DNA of 34,230 nt from Octopus bimaculoides. Its lineage: Eukaryota. Where the stretch lies: assembly GCF_001194135.2 (NCBI RefSeq), contig NC_068990.1:49345135-49379364 (forward strand), given 5' to 3'. The notes below the pieces were generated by a model. That model was not told the DNA's origin. It did not search any database and was given only the letters and a program-made list of their open reading frames with translations. Positions 1-11,789 of this stretch are shown piece after piece (the first letter of the stretch is position 1; each line of letters starts with the position of its first letter). Position numbers and translations under genes: made by a program.

Positions 1-933
1 ATGATGATGATGCCAGAAAAGCCCACAAAATGGGGGATCAAAGTTTGGAAAATTTGTGAGGCAAATACTGGGTACTGCTGTGGATTTAGTTTTTATACAG
101 GGAAAAGAGACAATAGTGTTAGTCAGCATGGCCTAGGGTACGATGTGGTCTGGAATTTATCACGTCCATACCATAACCAGGGCCGTATATTACTTTTTGA
201 CCGATTTTTTAGTTCGGTCAAACTTGCGGTGGATTTAGAAGCTGTGGAAACGTATACATGTGCTACAATAATGGCTCAGTAGAAAAGGGCTGCCGTTGGA
301 TATAAAGAAAAACAAAATTAACAAAAAGAGGTGAAATAATCCAACGGCAGAAAGGAAATCTGCTAGCAACCGCATACAGAGATAAGAGGCAGATAAATTT
401 TCTATCTACCAGTGTACAACCATGGGTAGATGAAAATGGCACTCCGTTTGTGAACCTTGATTATAACAGGTACATGGGTGGTGTGGATCGGCTTAACCAG
501 GTGATGAGTTATTATCCGATTGGTAGACCGGGTAATAAATGGTGGCGATACCTGGTTTGGTATATAGTAAACATGAGCATTGTAAATGCATTCATATTAT
601 ATACCAATTCAGGAGGGGTTCGCAAGCAGTGTGACCATCTGCAGTTCCAAGCAGATGTTGCAACGCAGTTGAGGGCAGGTTATTCCTCCAAAAAAATAAC
701 TGCAGGAAGGAAAAGCAAAGCCTGCCAGAGAGATCTCCCTCTGAGTTCAGCTGATCTACATAAATTAGAAAAAAATCGGGGGTTGCAAAAGGCAGTGCCG
801 TGAATGTCTACATCAACAAAGAAAAACTCCCAGGGGACAGCCAGTTGAAATGTCTTTCCAATGTGCATTCTGCAAGGTTGCAGTATGTAGAGTGGGATGT
901 TTTACAACTTTCCATGATAGAAATACTGTGTAA
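1..933 (+). pseudogene. Degenerate piggyBac transposase (DDE_Tnp_1_7-type) with C-terminal Cys-rich domain
   Basis: Motifs MPEKPTKWGIKVW, LLFDRFFSSV, YNRYMGGVDRLNQ and KWWRYLVWYIVNMSIVNAFILY. A frame-shifted C-terminus at 787-933 reads KRQCRECLHQQ...FQCAFCKVAVCRVGCFTTFH. Stop at 280-282, further stops and frameshifts. Confidence 0.9.
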
Positions 934-1573
934 ATATTTTTTGTATATATATAATAAGATTGTATAAATATTTTTCAAATTTACTTAGTTTTATTTTTTA
1001 TTTTAATTTACCTGTAAGGTGAGTGACAAGTTTTGATTTAATTTCTATTGTAAATCTTTATTATATATGTCCCTGTGTATTTATGTATGTGTGTGAGTAT
1101 ATTTCATTTAGTTGTATTCAATTTTCNNNNNNNNNNNNNNNNNNNNNNNNNNNNNNNNNNNNNNNNNNNNNNNNNNNNNNNNNNNNNNNNNNNNNNNNNN
1201 NNNNNNNNNNNNNNNNNNNNNNNNNNNNNNNNNNNNNNNNNNNNNNNNNNNNNNNNNNNNNNNNNNNNNNNNNNNNNNNNNNNNNNNNNNNNNNNNNNNN
1301 NNNNNNNNNNNNNNNNNNNNNNNNNNNNNNNNNNNNNNNNNNNNNNNNNNNNNNNNNNNNNNNNNNNNNNNNNNNNNNNNNNNNNNNNNNNNNNNNNNNN
1401 NNNNNNNNNNAAGAACCCTTTCTTCAATTATGTTCCAAATATCACATTAATATGTTGATAAATAAAAAAAGTTACAGGTGTTTAATGAGACTAGTCTAAA
1501 TTCATGATTATTTTAGAATTTAATTGAAACTCATGAGGGGTGTATTTTGGTCAGAAATATAGTAACGAAAGGG
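1..1573 (+). mobile_element. piggyBac (PGBD4-like) DNA transposon, 3' portion with intact right end
   Basis: Transposase remnants at 1-933. The right end reads ...GGTCAGAAATATAGTAACGAAAGGG|TTAA (GGG 1571-1573, TTAA 1574-1577), the canonical piggyBac terminus and target site. The 5' end lies outside the window and a gap sits at 1127-1410. Confidence 0.85.
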
Positions 1574-1579
1574 TTAATA

Positions 1580-1815
1580 AATGTTGTTTACTGCAAGTTA
1601 TAGATGATTCTTTTTATGACTTCATTGCTTTCAAGGTATTTTCGCGCCTGACATCACAAAATGTGTCTGAATAAACATTGCCGGACAGCAAATAGAGACT
1701 CGGACATTGCTTAGAAAATTTTTTTCATTTTTAACCTCATATATAGTACACACTAGGGATTTTGACCTCTAAATTTTGGGAAAAACATGCGGATTATACT
1801 CGAGGATTTAAATGG
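1580..1815. mobile_element. Possible pogo/Tc1-type non-autonomous DNA transposon end
   Basis: Ends in ...CATGCGGATTATACTCGAGGATTTA, whose reverse complement TAAATCCTCGAGTATAATCCGCA resembles pogo-type TIR starts as I recall them. The partner TIR is not seen. Confidence 0.3.
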
Positions 1816-2092
1816 CTGGTCATAGGAAGTTTGTCCGGCTGTAGAAACCTAGACAAAACTAAATACAAGAGTGAGATGTGGCTTCCTCAACTGCCAAGGA
1901 GACCAGTAAATTCACATAAGAATTGACACAGGCCATCCAACCAATGCCAGAATGGAAAATGGATGTAATACAATGTAACAAATAGATTGTTTCGTTCAGA
2001 TAAAAAAAAACACAAAGCAAAATAAAACAGCAAGTATAACAAGAGATACATTAATAAATAAACTAAGACAAAAAATCAAAATAAAAGGTTAC

Positions 2093-2292
2093 CTGAAGAT
2101 GATCAAGTAAGCGACCTGGAGTGGCAACAATAAAATTGATTCCTTTCACCAATCTTTTAGCCTCATCATCTTTCTTGGTGCCACCCATTATTAATCCAAA
2201 GGTAAAATGATGATATTCTAACAACTCTTTTAACACTCCATAGATCTGCATGGCTAATTCTCGAGTGGGAGATATAATAATGGCACCGGTAC
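2093..2292 (-). CDS. DDX18: DDX18/Has1 coding exon 7 (motifs Ia, GG, Ib)
   Basis: 200 nt, phase 1 to 0. Acceptor ttttgcag| (AG at 2294-2293), donor |gtaacc. Translates (G)[66 protein letters not shown]. Confidence 0.95.
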
Positions 2293-2414
2293 CTGCAAAA
2301 GTTGTACATAAATCATATCACAGACTATGCATAACATATTTGAAATACTAAGGTCAGTGCTTCTTTTACAATGACACGTCATAGGATTAGTCTTCACCAT
2401 GAGAGTTGTGGGTT

Positions 2415-2632
2415 CATCATCATCGTCGTTTAACATCCGCTTTCCATGCTAGCATGGGTTGGACGATTTGACTGAGGACTGGTGAAACCGGATGGCAACA
2501 CCAGGCTCCAATCTAATTTGGCAAAGTTTCTACAGCTGGATGCCCTTCCTAACGCCAACCACACAGAGAGTGTAGTGGGTGCTTTTACGTGTCACCCGCA
2601 CGAAAGCCAGTCAGGCGGTACTGGCAACGGCC
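2415..2632 (-). mobile_element. Short RTE 3'-end copy / RTE-dependent SINE (young subfamily)
   Basis: (GAT)n-like tail, CCATGCTAGCATGG hairpin and AGGAAGGGCATCCAGCTGTAGAAAC core. Four mismatches over about 180 nt versus the copy at 17021-17200. Confidence 0.85.
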
Positions 2633-2902
2633 GGATTTTATACTAAGCACTATTATTAAGTATTGCATAAATGATATTGAACATGCTACATATAATTAGT
2701 CTGTATCAGTGTACCAATAATTAGCATGATTTGTACTCCTGACAGAATATAAAATTACATCATCTGGATCAAAAACTTTTTGGATAATTTTTTTTAAAGT
2801 ACACTTTATACAAATTGATTACAAGATAAACAATTACAAAATTTATTGCATTTATTATAGATATTTTTGGAGATGGTAAATGTAAAAAGTTTAACTATAG
2901 GT

Positions 2903-3100
2903 GCACACATGGCTGTGCTGAGTTTGCACCCCAACCTCATGGTTTCAAGATCAATTTCACTGCATGGCACCTTCAGCAAGTGTCTTCTACTACAGCCTTG
3001 GATCTACCAAAAGCTTGTGCGTGGGTTTGGTAGATGGAAACTGAAAGAGGCCCATTGTGTTATATGTATGAGAGTGGTCGTGTTACTGTTTCCATGCCAA
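2903..3100 (+). mobile_element. tRNA-derived SINE 5' part, interrupted by the RTE 3' tail
   Basis: TGGCTGTGCTG...GCACCTTCAGCAAGTGTCTTCTACTACAGCC...GGTAGATGGAAACTGAAAGAGGCCC matches the head of the SINE at 18707-19073. Confidence 0.65.
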
Positions 3101-3103
3101 TCA

Positions 3104-6100
3104 CATCGTCATCATCGATTAACGCCCGTTTTCCATGCTGGCATGGGTTGGATGGTTTGACTGAGGTCTGGAGAGCCAGCAGCTGCACCAAGCTCCAATC
3201 TGATCTGGCAAAGTTTCTAACGCCAACCACTCCGAGGGTGTAGTGGGTGCTTTTTACATGCCACTGGCACAGGAGCCAGTCAGGCTAACCTGGTATCGAC
3301 CACGTTCAGATGGTGCATTTTACGTGCCACCAGAATGTGAGCCAGATATGGGGCACCGGTCCCATCTACGATATTGGTTTTACTCGACTCAACAGGTCTT
3401 CTCAAGCACATCATATCACCCAACGCATCAGGGGTATACTTAACAGGACTGGACATGCATGGCTGCGATCTCACTTTAGTTTCCAGGACTTCTCAATCAC
3501 AGCAAATCTCCAAGAGTCCCAGTCTTCTGTCATTGCCTCTGTGAGGCCCAATGTTAGGTCATATTTCACCACCTCATCCCATGTCTTCTTGGGTCTACCT
3601 CTTCCACAAGTCCCTTCTACAGTTAGGGAGTGACACTTCCCCACACAGTTGTCTTCATTCATACATAACACATGGCCATATCAGCGCAGTCGCCTCTCTG
3701 GAACACCACATTTGATGCTTCTTAAGCCCAACCTTTCTCTCAGGGCGCTTACACTGTCGTGTATGCACAGTGACATTGCACATCCAGCGGAGCATACTAA
3801 CTTCATTTCTTTCAAGCCTACGTATGTCATCAGCATTCATGGCCCATGTTTCACTGCCGTGTAGCATAGCACTTCGCACACATGCATCATACAGTCTACT
3901 TTTCATCCTGAGCGAGAGGCCCTTAGTTGCCAGCAGAGGTAGGAGCTCCTTGAACTTTGCTCAGGCTATTCTTACTCTAGTCGCTCCATTCTCAGAGCAA
4001 CTGCCCCCACTACAGACTTGGTCACCTAGGTAGCAGAAGCTATTAACTACTTCTAGTTTCTCCCCCTGGCATGTGATGGAATCTGTTTTCTGTACATCTT
4101 CAGTGTTTATTACCCCAGTGCATCTGCCACACGCAAAAACTATTTTCCTGGTTAACCTTCCTTTGATATTGCTGCACCTCTTATGTGTTCAAAGCTTACA
4201 CCGGGTACATTGTATCAAGTTTCTACCCTTTTCTACAGATCAAGCAGGGCCATCTACCTGAAGCAAGTTGTAATTTGACAGCTTTCCTACTTACTAAGAC
4301 TTTGGTTTTGGCTAGGTTAACCCTAAGGCCCTTCGATTGTAGACCTTCCTTCCACACCCTAAACTTCATATTCAGTTCTGGCAGTGACTTGACTATTAGC
4401 ATAGAGGAGCTCTCAGGGGCAGCCTGTCTTGAATTCCTTGCCAACCCTCACCTTACTGACATCATCTCTGTACAGGGCTTGTACAGCTCTTACCAACCAC
4501 TCGTCTATCCCTAGTTTCTGCATTGGCCACCAGATAAGGGATCAGGTCACCCTGTCAAAGGCTTTCTCCAAGTCAACAAAAACCAAGTACAAAAGTTTAT
4601 CTTTGACTAGGTATTTCTCCTGCAGTTGCCTTACCAGAAATATAGCATCAATGGTGTTTCTGTCTGGCACAAAACTGAACTGCATCTTATCTAGGCTAAC
4701 TCTCTCCCTAATTAGTTGGGCTATGAACCTCTCTGTAACTTTCATCATCTGATCCAATAATTTGATACCCCTGTAGTTATTTCTGTCTAAAGCATCATCT
4801 TTCCCCTTGTAGCAGTTGACTATGGTGCTGCTACACCAGTCATTGGGTATGACTCCTTCGTGAACTACCTGATTTACGCTCTGGGTGACAAGACCCTAAC
4901 CCACACCGCCCAATATTTTAAGCATCCCAGCAGTGATTCCTGATGGGCCAGGTGCTTTCCCCATCTTCATATCCTTAATTGCTTTATCTACCTGGGTACA
5001 ATCAATTCGAATAGCTGATCCCTCAATTGGGTCAACCTTTGGCAGACTCTCCTCCTCCCGATATTCTCCACATTCAGCAGTCTTTCATAATGGCTTCCCC
5101 AAGCCTTTTTCTTAGCAGAATCATTAAACATAAGGGCACCACCATCCATGTAGATACATTTCTCTCCTATGACATCACGGTTTTCTCTCACACACTGTCT
5201 TGCAATCCGAAATACTTCAGTTCTCTGGTTGTTCATGTCGCTGAACATTGGCAGACTTCTTTTCTGCTACTCCCTTGGCTATATATACCTGTCCCTTTGC
5301 TTCCCTTTTGGCTATCTGATACATTCTCCTGCTACCCCGACTCTTCCAAGAATTCCAAGCCTGTTTCTTTGCTCTAATAGCCCTGTCTACAGTACTGTTC
5401 CACCACCATGTTATCTTAGGCCTGGAAGGGACTTTACACCAGCCACAGATTTGGTCTGTGGCACTCAGCAAGCTGTCTCGCAGGAATTCCCAGCTGCCTT
5501 CTATGTCACAGGACTGTAGTTCCTCCTCACTACCATCAAATTTCTTGGTAAGGATATCCCTAAATCTCTGACCATGTGAAGGGTTCCTAAGCTTCCATGC
5601 CCTTTTCCAGATTGGTCTGGATTTTGGCATCCTTCTGGCCTCAAGCCTAAAGTCACTAATAACTAGTCTATGTTGGGTGGGGTTTACATTCCTCACCAGG
5701 GAGGGCCTTTGTATTTAAGAGGAACCATGCATCTCACTGTCTGGTGAGAATGAAATCAATCTGGCTAGCAGAGTCAGCCTTGTTCCCTTTTCATTTCTGG
5801 GACCAACCCCATGTACACCATATGCTGTCCGACATGCCCATTAAAATCTCCAGCCACAAAGATGAGATCATTATCACTCATCTTTGAGGTAGCCTGCAGA
5901 AGAATATCATAAAAGTGATCCTTCTGTTCATTTCGTAGGCCCGCTTGTGGGGCGTAGGCAGAGATAATTGTAGCTATACTATTCTACAATACTAGCCTGA
6001 GCTTACGTACTCTATCACACACACTCACTACCTCTATGACCTTATCCATCCATTTCTCTGCAAGAAGTATGCCCACAGCCCCTATTCCATCACTATTACC

Positions 6101-6320
6101 TTCCCAGAAGAGTTAATACCTATGTGCTTTGCTTGTGACAATTCTGGCTGAAGATCCTCTCCATCTTACCTCTTGTACACAACATACATCAACGCGTCTC
6201 CATTGAAGTATCTCTACAATCTTGCTAGACCTACCTTTACATATGCCTTCATTTAGAGTGCCAACTCTGAAAACTGGGAAAGAGATATGGGAGGTAACAC
6301 AGGAAGATGTTATTCAGTAG
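3104..6320 (-). mobile_element. Near full-length degenerate RTE-clade LINE (APE endonuclease + RT)
   Basis: EN start FRVGTLN...RRVDVCCVQEVRWRG at about 6290-6160. Also QHRLVISDFRL, TWWWN and RT FVDLEKAFDRV (4542-4757), C-terminal RLYDACVRSAMLHGSETW, and a (GAT)n tail at 3104-3117. Many stops and frameshifts; the HQGS motif block is deleted at about 4435. Boundaries approximate. Confidence 0.92.
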
Positions 6321-6659
6321 GTTCCCGTGAACGTTTGGTAACAGACGTCATAATAATTGTCCTTGCTTTTAACCTACCGTCATTCAAACATGTTAGAGTT
6401 GTTAAGGTTGTAACTTCTACTGGGGGGAGTGAGAAAGCGTTGTATATGAAAGTGTTTGAGGCGTAAATATAAGCGTTATGAGCCTTGTGGGAGAAGCATT
6501 ACTGATGCTGCAGGTATGCGTAAATAAAATTTTTTTAAATGGTAAGTGGACTACTATCTGATTTAGTTAGTCTAAAGATAGGGGGATGGAGAGAGAGGAA
6601 AGGGCAGCAAGATTACCAATAGAGGAGGAGAGAGGGGAAGGGCAATTGGATGTCCAGTA

Positions 6660-6800
6660 AAAGAAAGATTTCCAGTAAGAGAGAAAGATTTCCGGTAAGA
6701 GTGAGAGAGAAAGAAATTTCCAGTAAGAGTGAGAGAAAGATTTCCAGTGTGTGAGAGAGAGAGAAAGATTTCCAGTGTGTGAGAGAGAGAGATTTCTGGT
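6660..6800. repeat. Tandem array of six AAGATTTCCAGT cores separated by (GA)/(GT) microsatellite spacers
   Basis: Cores at about 6665, 6685, 6714, 6737, 6765 and 6790. Lies just upstream of the minus-strand RTE ORF. Confidence 0.8.
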
Positions 6801-7055
6801 ATTGGTGGTGGGGTGGGAAAAGGTGGGCACAACCACAGACACAAAAGATCATTTTAAGGGTTATAGCAAACAAGGAGTTATTTTAGAGAAAAGTACAAGA
6901 TGGGGAGGGGACGGGTATAGAGGTGATAGCCAGAAATGGACGAAGAAGGCAGCATTTTTGCCCTAAGCTTCAAAGGGAAATAGCAGTGAGTTACCATTGC
7001 AATAAGAAATAAGAGATACAGACAGCAAAGAAAGAAATTATTTTAATGAACAGTA

Positions 7056-7241
7056 CATCATGCCGGTGGCAGGTAAAAAGCACCCACTACACTCTTGGAG
7101 TGGTTGGCATTAGGAAGGGCATCAGCTGTAGAAACTCTGCCAGATCAGATTGGAGTCTGGTGTAGCCATCTGCTTCACCAGTCCCCAGTCAAATCGTCCA
7201 ACCCATGCTAGCATGGAAAGCGGATGTTAAATGATGATGAT
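7056..7241 (+). mobile_element. Short RTE 3'-end copy / SINE
   Basis: AAAAGCACCCACTACACTC...CCATGCTAGCATGGAAAGCGGATGTTAAATGATGATGAT. Confidence 0.85.
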
Positions 7242-7604
7242 AAAGTCAAGAAACAAGGGAAGGGATTATTATTTTAGAGGGGGAGATTGCAAATTTGAAA
7301 GTTATTTGATGAGTTGATGTAGAGGTTTACAGTTTAGGTCATTTTAATTGTTATAGCAAACAAGGAGGAGTTATTTTAGAGACAAGTACAAGTTAAGTAC
7401 ACACATGTAGCCAAGAAACAAGGTTAGTTGTTGTAGGATTAAAACAAGCAAGAAAGAATTATTTTAGAGAATAGATGAGTTTGAATGAATGAGGCAATTA
7501 AAAAACAAGAGAGCTTCTTAGCTAAGTTATGCATATTTTCAAGTGTCATCACTGCCAAACATATGGAATAGACAAAACTAAACTAAACTAACAGTGTCAC
7601 TGTC

Positions 7605-7790
7605 ATGCAAGCAGTGTCCATTTCCAATCTTCTATAACATACTAGGTCATGGGGAAATAGCACCTTACTTAGAAACAGGTGAGGGTTGGCAACAAGAATG
7701 ACATCAGGTTGTAGAAAATTTGCCTTAACAAATTCCATCCAACCAATGCAAGCATAGACAAATGGACAAAAAACAATGATGGCGATGGAA
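7605..7790 (+). mobile_element. Older SINE 3' part with RTE-like tail
   Basis: GAGGGTTGGCAACAAGAATGACATCAGGTTGTAGAAAA...CCATCCAACCAATGCAAGCATAG...AATGATGGCGATG; diverged. Confidence 0.55.
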
Positions 7791-8074
7791 ACTCATGGGC
7801 TTCAGAATTTTCAGTTAAAACTGTTCGCCCATTTTACATGTTTTTCCATGACTGCATCGGTTGGACAATTACATGATTTGAGGAATTGTTTTATAGTCAA
7901 AAGCCCTTCCTGACACTACCCCTTATTTGTTTTTCAAATAAGGAATCACTTATCTCACATAGCTTCAAAAGCATCAAAATGCCCAGATGGTTCAACAGAA
8001 CAAACTGACAACACACCACCCACAGCATTTTCAGACAAGAAGTTGCAAATGTATACAAACATAAATAAAATGGT

Positions 8075-8200
8075 CTTCTTTCAGCTTCAGTCTACCAAAT
8101 TCACTCACAAGGATTTTGTCAACCTAGGGATATAGAAAACACTTTGCCCAAAGAGCCACACAATGAGACTGAACTAGAGATGAATTTCTCGACCAACAAC
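8075..8200 (-). mobile_element. Diverged tRNA-SINE head fragment
   Basis: TTCTTTCAGCTTCAGTCTACCAAATTCACTCACAAGG...AAACACTTTGCCCAAAG matches the other SINE heads. Confidence 0.5.
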
Positions 8201-8334
8201 CACACCTGCACATAAGTTTGAGCTTCTAAATAAAGTTTCACTGACATTATAGATACTTACCTATAATTTTCCAATAATTTTGATACTTATGCAACAAGTT
8301 TGATTTCAAGAAGTTTATCCAAATCTATCATTAA

Positions 8335-8552
8335 CCCTTTAGTATCCAAATTACAATAAAATGTAATGCTCATTTATTCACATTGTTTTGAATTAACCAT
8401 TCATTATTTTTTAGATTTGAGATTTTGATGAGGTAATACTTAATTTTTAGAATGGTATTGTAAGGTTAGTGTGAGAGGCCGGGTCTGGCCAGTTTGGACA
8501 TAAAACAGGTAGAATATTTTGGCTGGATATGGTCAGTTTAAATGCTAAAAGG
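8335..8552. mobile_element. piggyBac-type MITE (218 bp) with TTAA target duplication
   Basis: TTAA(8331-8334)CCCTTTAG... and ...AATGCTAAAAGG-TTAA(8553-8556); imperfect TIRs. Confidence 0.8.
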
Positions 8553-8589
8553 TTAAAGGAAATGTTACTGATAAAGAATTACGACTTAC

Positions 8590-8690
8590 CATTCCTTGGC
8601 ATGAACTTCAGTTTGTACAAGAGTTCAACAACAGGAATCAGAAAAGCTAATGTTTTGCCACTTCCAGTTTTAGCAGCTCCCATCAAATCT
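8590..8690 (-). CDS. DDX18: DDX18/Has1 coding exon 6 (motif I / Walker A)
   Basis: 101 nt, phase 2 to 1. Acceptor ctatctaactag|, donor |gtaagt. Translates (R)[33 protein letters not shown](G). Confidence 0.96.
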
Positions 8691-8786
8691 CTAGTTAGAT
8701 AGAAAATTGAAGGAAATTAATCAGAAATATTTCAATCACGCTTTTTTTTTTTTTTAAAGCATTTAACTATCAATAAATGAAGTTAG

Positions 8787-9110
8787 TCATCATTGTCATT
8801 ATTTAATGTCCATTTTGCATGCTAGAATAAGTTGGACAGCTTAACAGCGGCTGGTAAGGCCAGGGGCTGCACCAGGTTCTATAGTCAGTTTTGACTTGGT
8901 TTCAACAGCTGGATGCCCTTCCTAAATTAAACCACTCTAGAGTGAAGCAGCCAAGAAACATGCCAATGACTGCAAAAAGTGGAAAATAACTGTTGAGGCC
9001 CTATGCTCCACAAGGGGCAAAAAGGATTAAGAGAGAGAGTGTACTGGGTGCTTTTTATGTGGTACCATCAATGTTTTTTACATGGCACCAGCATCCACAC
9101 AAATGCTTTT
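8787..9110 (-). mobile_element. Diverged RTE 3'-end / SINE copy with a short internal insertion
   Basis: TCATCAT tail, CAGCTGGATGCCCTTCCTAA core and GGGTGCTTTTTATG. Confidence 0.6.
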
Positions 9111-9692
9111 TATGCTGCACCTTGGTTTTAGAATCTCTAAAGTTTCTAAATAATTGTTCTTGTGAAACAGAGCTGGAGGATAAATAGGTGCATGAGAGTC
9201 TCTCCAGGCCAAGCTACTTCCACACATTGAGAGACACAACTCTGGTATTACAGACATGATTAGTATGTAGCAGGAAAGAATACATAGTCTTAGTTGGTCA
9301 TACCTAGGAATCCAGCTGGAAAGCCTAATGATGGCTGCTTCTAACAGAACCCTATTGAGGAGGTGCCTGAATAGTTTAACACAACCCTCCCAGGAATAGA
9401 GGGCAAAGAAGATGGATGGATAGGTAGCATTACTAAGTGTTAATATTTACAAGGAAGATGACAAATACTTATCTAAATTCTAAAAAATTACTTGTAAATT
9501 TAACCTAACACAGAGCAATAATAAGTGTAAATTTCAACTGATTTTATCATCATCATCATCCTAGATTACCAAATTATTTGTAACAAGTTGCATCTTGATC
9601 CTTCACCAGTAACTACATTTAAAGAAATGCCCAAGACTATTTTAAACTGACTTGCCTTTTGAGTGATACTTTAATTTAATTAAAAGTAACAT

Positions 9693-10110
9693 CATCATCA
9701 TTGTTTCAATGTCTACTTCTCCATGCTTGCATAGGTCAGATGAATTTGTTGAGGCAGATTTTTCTATTTCTGGATGCCCTACCTGTCATCAACCCACACC
9801 TGTTTCCAGGTATGTTAATATTTTTCTATGGCTTGACATGTTTTCACGGAAGACTGGATAAGAACACCACCTGTATGACAGTGGCACTCATTTAAAACAA
9901 TCATGTGATGTCATAACAAGGAGACACCAACTCATACACACCCACATATATATATATGAAATAGATTTCTTTCAGTTTCTATCAATTAAATCCATTCACA
10001 AAGCTTTGGTTTTCCCAGGGCTGTTGTAGAAGACATTTGCCCAAGGTACCATATGGTGAGACTAAAGTCAAAACCATGTGGTTGAGAAGTGAACTTATTA
10101 ACCACAATCA
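9693..10110 (-). mobile_element. tRNA-headed SINE with RTE-like 3' end
   Basis: Tail CATCATCATCAT at about 9693, CCATGCTTGCATAG hairpin variant, SINE head at 9965-10110. Confidence 0.6.
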
Positions 10111-10244
10111 AGTCTGCTCCTATAACTTACAAAAATAAAATCCCTATTACTTAAATAAAATATAATATAATATAGCCAGTAAATTTCAAAAGATAATCTC
10201 TCAGATTCCCCAGTTATGCTACAATTTTAAAAATACATCCACTG

Positions 10245-10250
<6 letters not shown>

Positions 10251-10281
<31 letters not shown>
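10251..10281. repeat. (TA)n microsatellite
   Basis: Direct observation; about 15 units. Confidence 0.95.
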
Positions 10282-10283
<2 letters not shown>

Positions 10284-10397
10284 CTTTTAATAATCTCTGG
10301 ATGAAAACAAGGTACACACACTTAACTTAAAGAATACTGATATTGTTTAATTACATCTCTTCATTTTAAGAGACATGTAAAACGCAATAATACTCAC

Positions 10398-10557
10398 CTT
10401 CCCTCAAGTAAGTAAGGAATACTTTTAGCTTGAATTTCTGTCATGTGTGTGAAACCCATTTTTTTAATAGCATCCATCGTTGGTGAAGAAACATATTTGG
10501 ATAATACATCAAAAGAGTTATCAGAAAGGATCTGTGATGCCAACTGACTGCCTGGTA
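10398..10557 (-). CDS. DDX18: DDX18/Has1 coding exon 5 (Q motif)
   Basis: 160 nt, phase 1 to 2. Acceptor ttcctctgttcctatag|, donor |gtgagt. Translates (L)PGSQLASQILSDNSFDVLSKYVSSPTMDAIKKMGFTHMTEIQAKSIPYLLEG(R). Confidence 0.95.
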
Positions 10558-10580
10558 CTATAGGAACAGAGGAAAATATA

Positions 10581-11485
10581 NNNNNNNNNNNNNNNNNNNN
10601 NNNNNNNNNNNNNNNNNNNNNNNNNNNNNNNNNNNNNNNNNNNNNNNNNNNNNNNNNNNNNNNNNNNNNNNNNNNNNNNNNNNNNNNNNNNNNNNNNNNN
10701 NNNNNNNNNNNNNNNNNNNNNNNNNNNNNNNNNNNNNNNNNNNNNNNNNNNNNNNNNNNNNNNNNNNNNNNNNNNNNNNNNNNNNNNNNNNNNNNNNNNN
10801 NNNNNNNNNNNNNNNNNNNNNNNNNNNNNNNNNNNNNNNNNNNNNNNNNNNNNNNNNNNNNNNNNNNNNNNNNNNNNNNNNNNNNNNNNNNNNNNNNNNN
10901 NNNNNNNNNNNNNNNNNNNNNNNNNNNNNNNNNNNNNNNNNNNNNNNNNNNNNNNNNNNNNNNNNNNNNNNNNNNNNNNNNNNNNNNNNNNNNNNNNNNN
11001 NNNNNNNNNNNNNNNNNNNNNNNNNNNNNNNNNNNNNNNNNNNNNNNNNNNNNNNNNNNNNNNNNNNNNNNNNNNNNNNNNNNNNNNNNNNNNNNNNNNN
11101 NNNNNNNNNNNNNNNNNNNNNNNNNNNNNNNNNNNNNNNNNNNNNNNNNNNNNNNNNNNNNNNNNNNNNNNNNNNNNNNNNNNNNNNNNNNNNNNNNNNN
11201 NNNNNNNNNNNNNNNNNNNNNNNNNNNNNNNNNNNNNNNNNNNNNNNNNNNNNNNNNNNNNNNNNNNNNNNNNNNNNNNNNNNNNNNNNNNNNNNNNNNN
11301 NNNNNNNNNNNNNNNNNNNNNNNNNNNNNNNNNNNNNNNNNNNNNNNNNNNNNNNNNNNNNNNNNNNNNNNNNNNNNNNNNNNNNNNNNNNNNNNNNNNN
11401 NNNNNNNNNNNNNNNNNNNNNNNNNNNNNNNNNNNNNNNNNNNNNNNNNNNNNNNNNNNNNNNNNNNNNNNNNNNNNNNNNNNNN
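10581..11485. other. Assembly gap (largest of six: 1127-1410, 10581-11485, 11741-11750, 16580-16990, 17977-18706, 32385-32811)
   Basis: Runs of N. Confidence 1.
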
Positions 11486-11789
11486 GTTATGATTGTCCGT
11501 TACTCACACTGCGTTGCTTTTTGTTTGTTTGTGTGCATATGTATCTATTTATGTGTGTACATTTGTATGTATGTATTCTGCATATTCATGTGTTTGCATG
11601 TCCATGTTTGTGTGTTTTTATGTATGCGCGCGAGTGTGTACCTCAGTCTCCTTGTATGTGCATGTCTGAGTGTGTATGTGTTATGCAACTATGTACCGTG
11701 TTTGTTTGTATGTATGGATGTGCATCTCCATATGTGTGGANNNNNNNNNNATGGAAAGCGGACGTTAAACGATGATGATGATGATGATG

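Noticed and set aside
1-933. Domesticated PGBD gene or piggyBac exon-trap fusion
   Set aside because: Multiple stops and frameshifts, a retained TIR, and antisense orientation relative to DDX18.
2354-2420. C/D-box snoRNA look-alike on the minus strand (ATGATGA ... CTGA) about 60 nt upstream of the exon-7 acceptor
   Set aside because: The C box is supplied by the (GAT)n tail of the retroelement, there is no terminal stem and I could not recognise an rRNA guide. Such look-alikes arise at every tail. snoscan or small-RNA data would be decisive.
3104-6320. Active autonomous RTE LINE
   Set aside because: The ORF is broken into many frames, the HQGS block is deleted and YADD has degenerated to YANS.
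11486-11740. 255-bp duplicate of 11984-12238, apparently exact, resembling a tandem Penelope pseudo-LTR
   Set aside because: It is an isolated contig between two N-gaps and appears identical to its partner, while the genuine arms differ by several percent. An assembly or gap-filling artefact is most likely.
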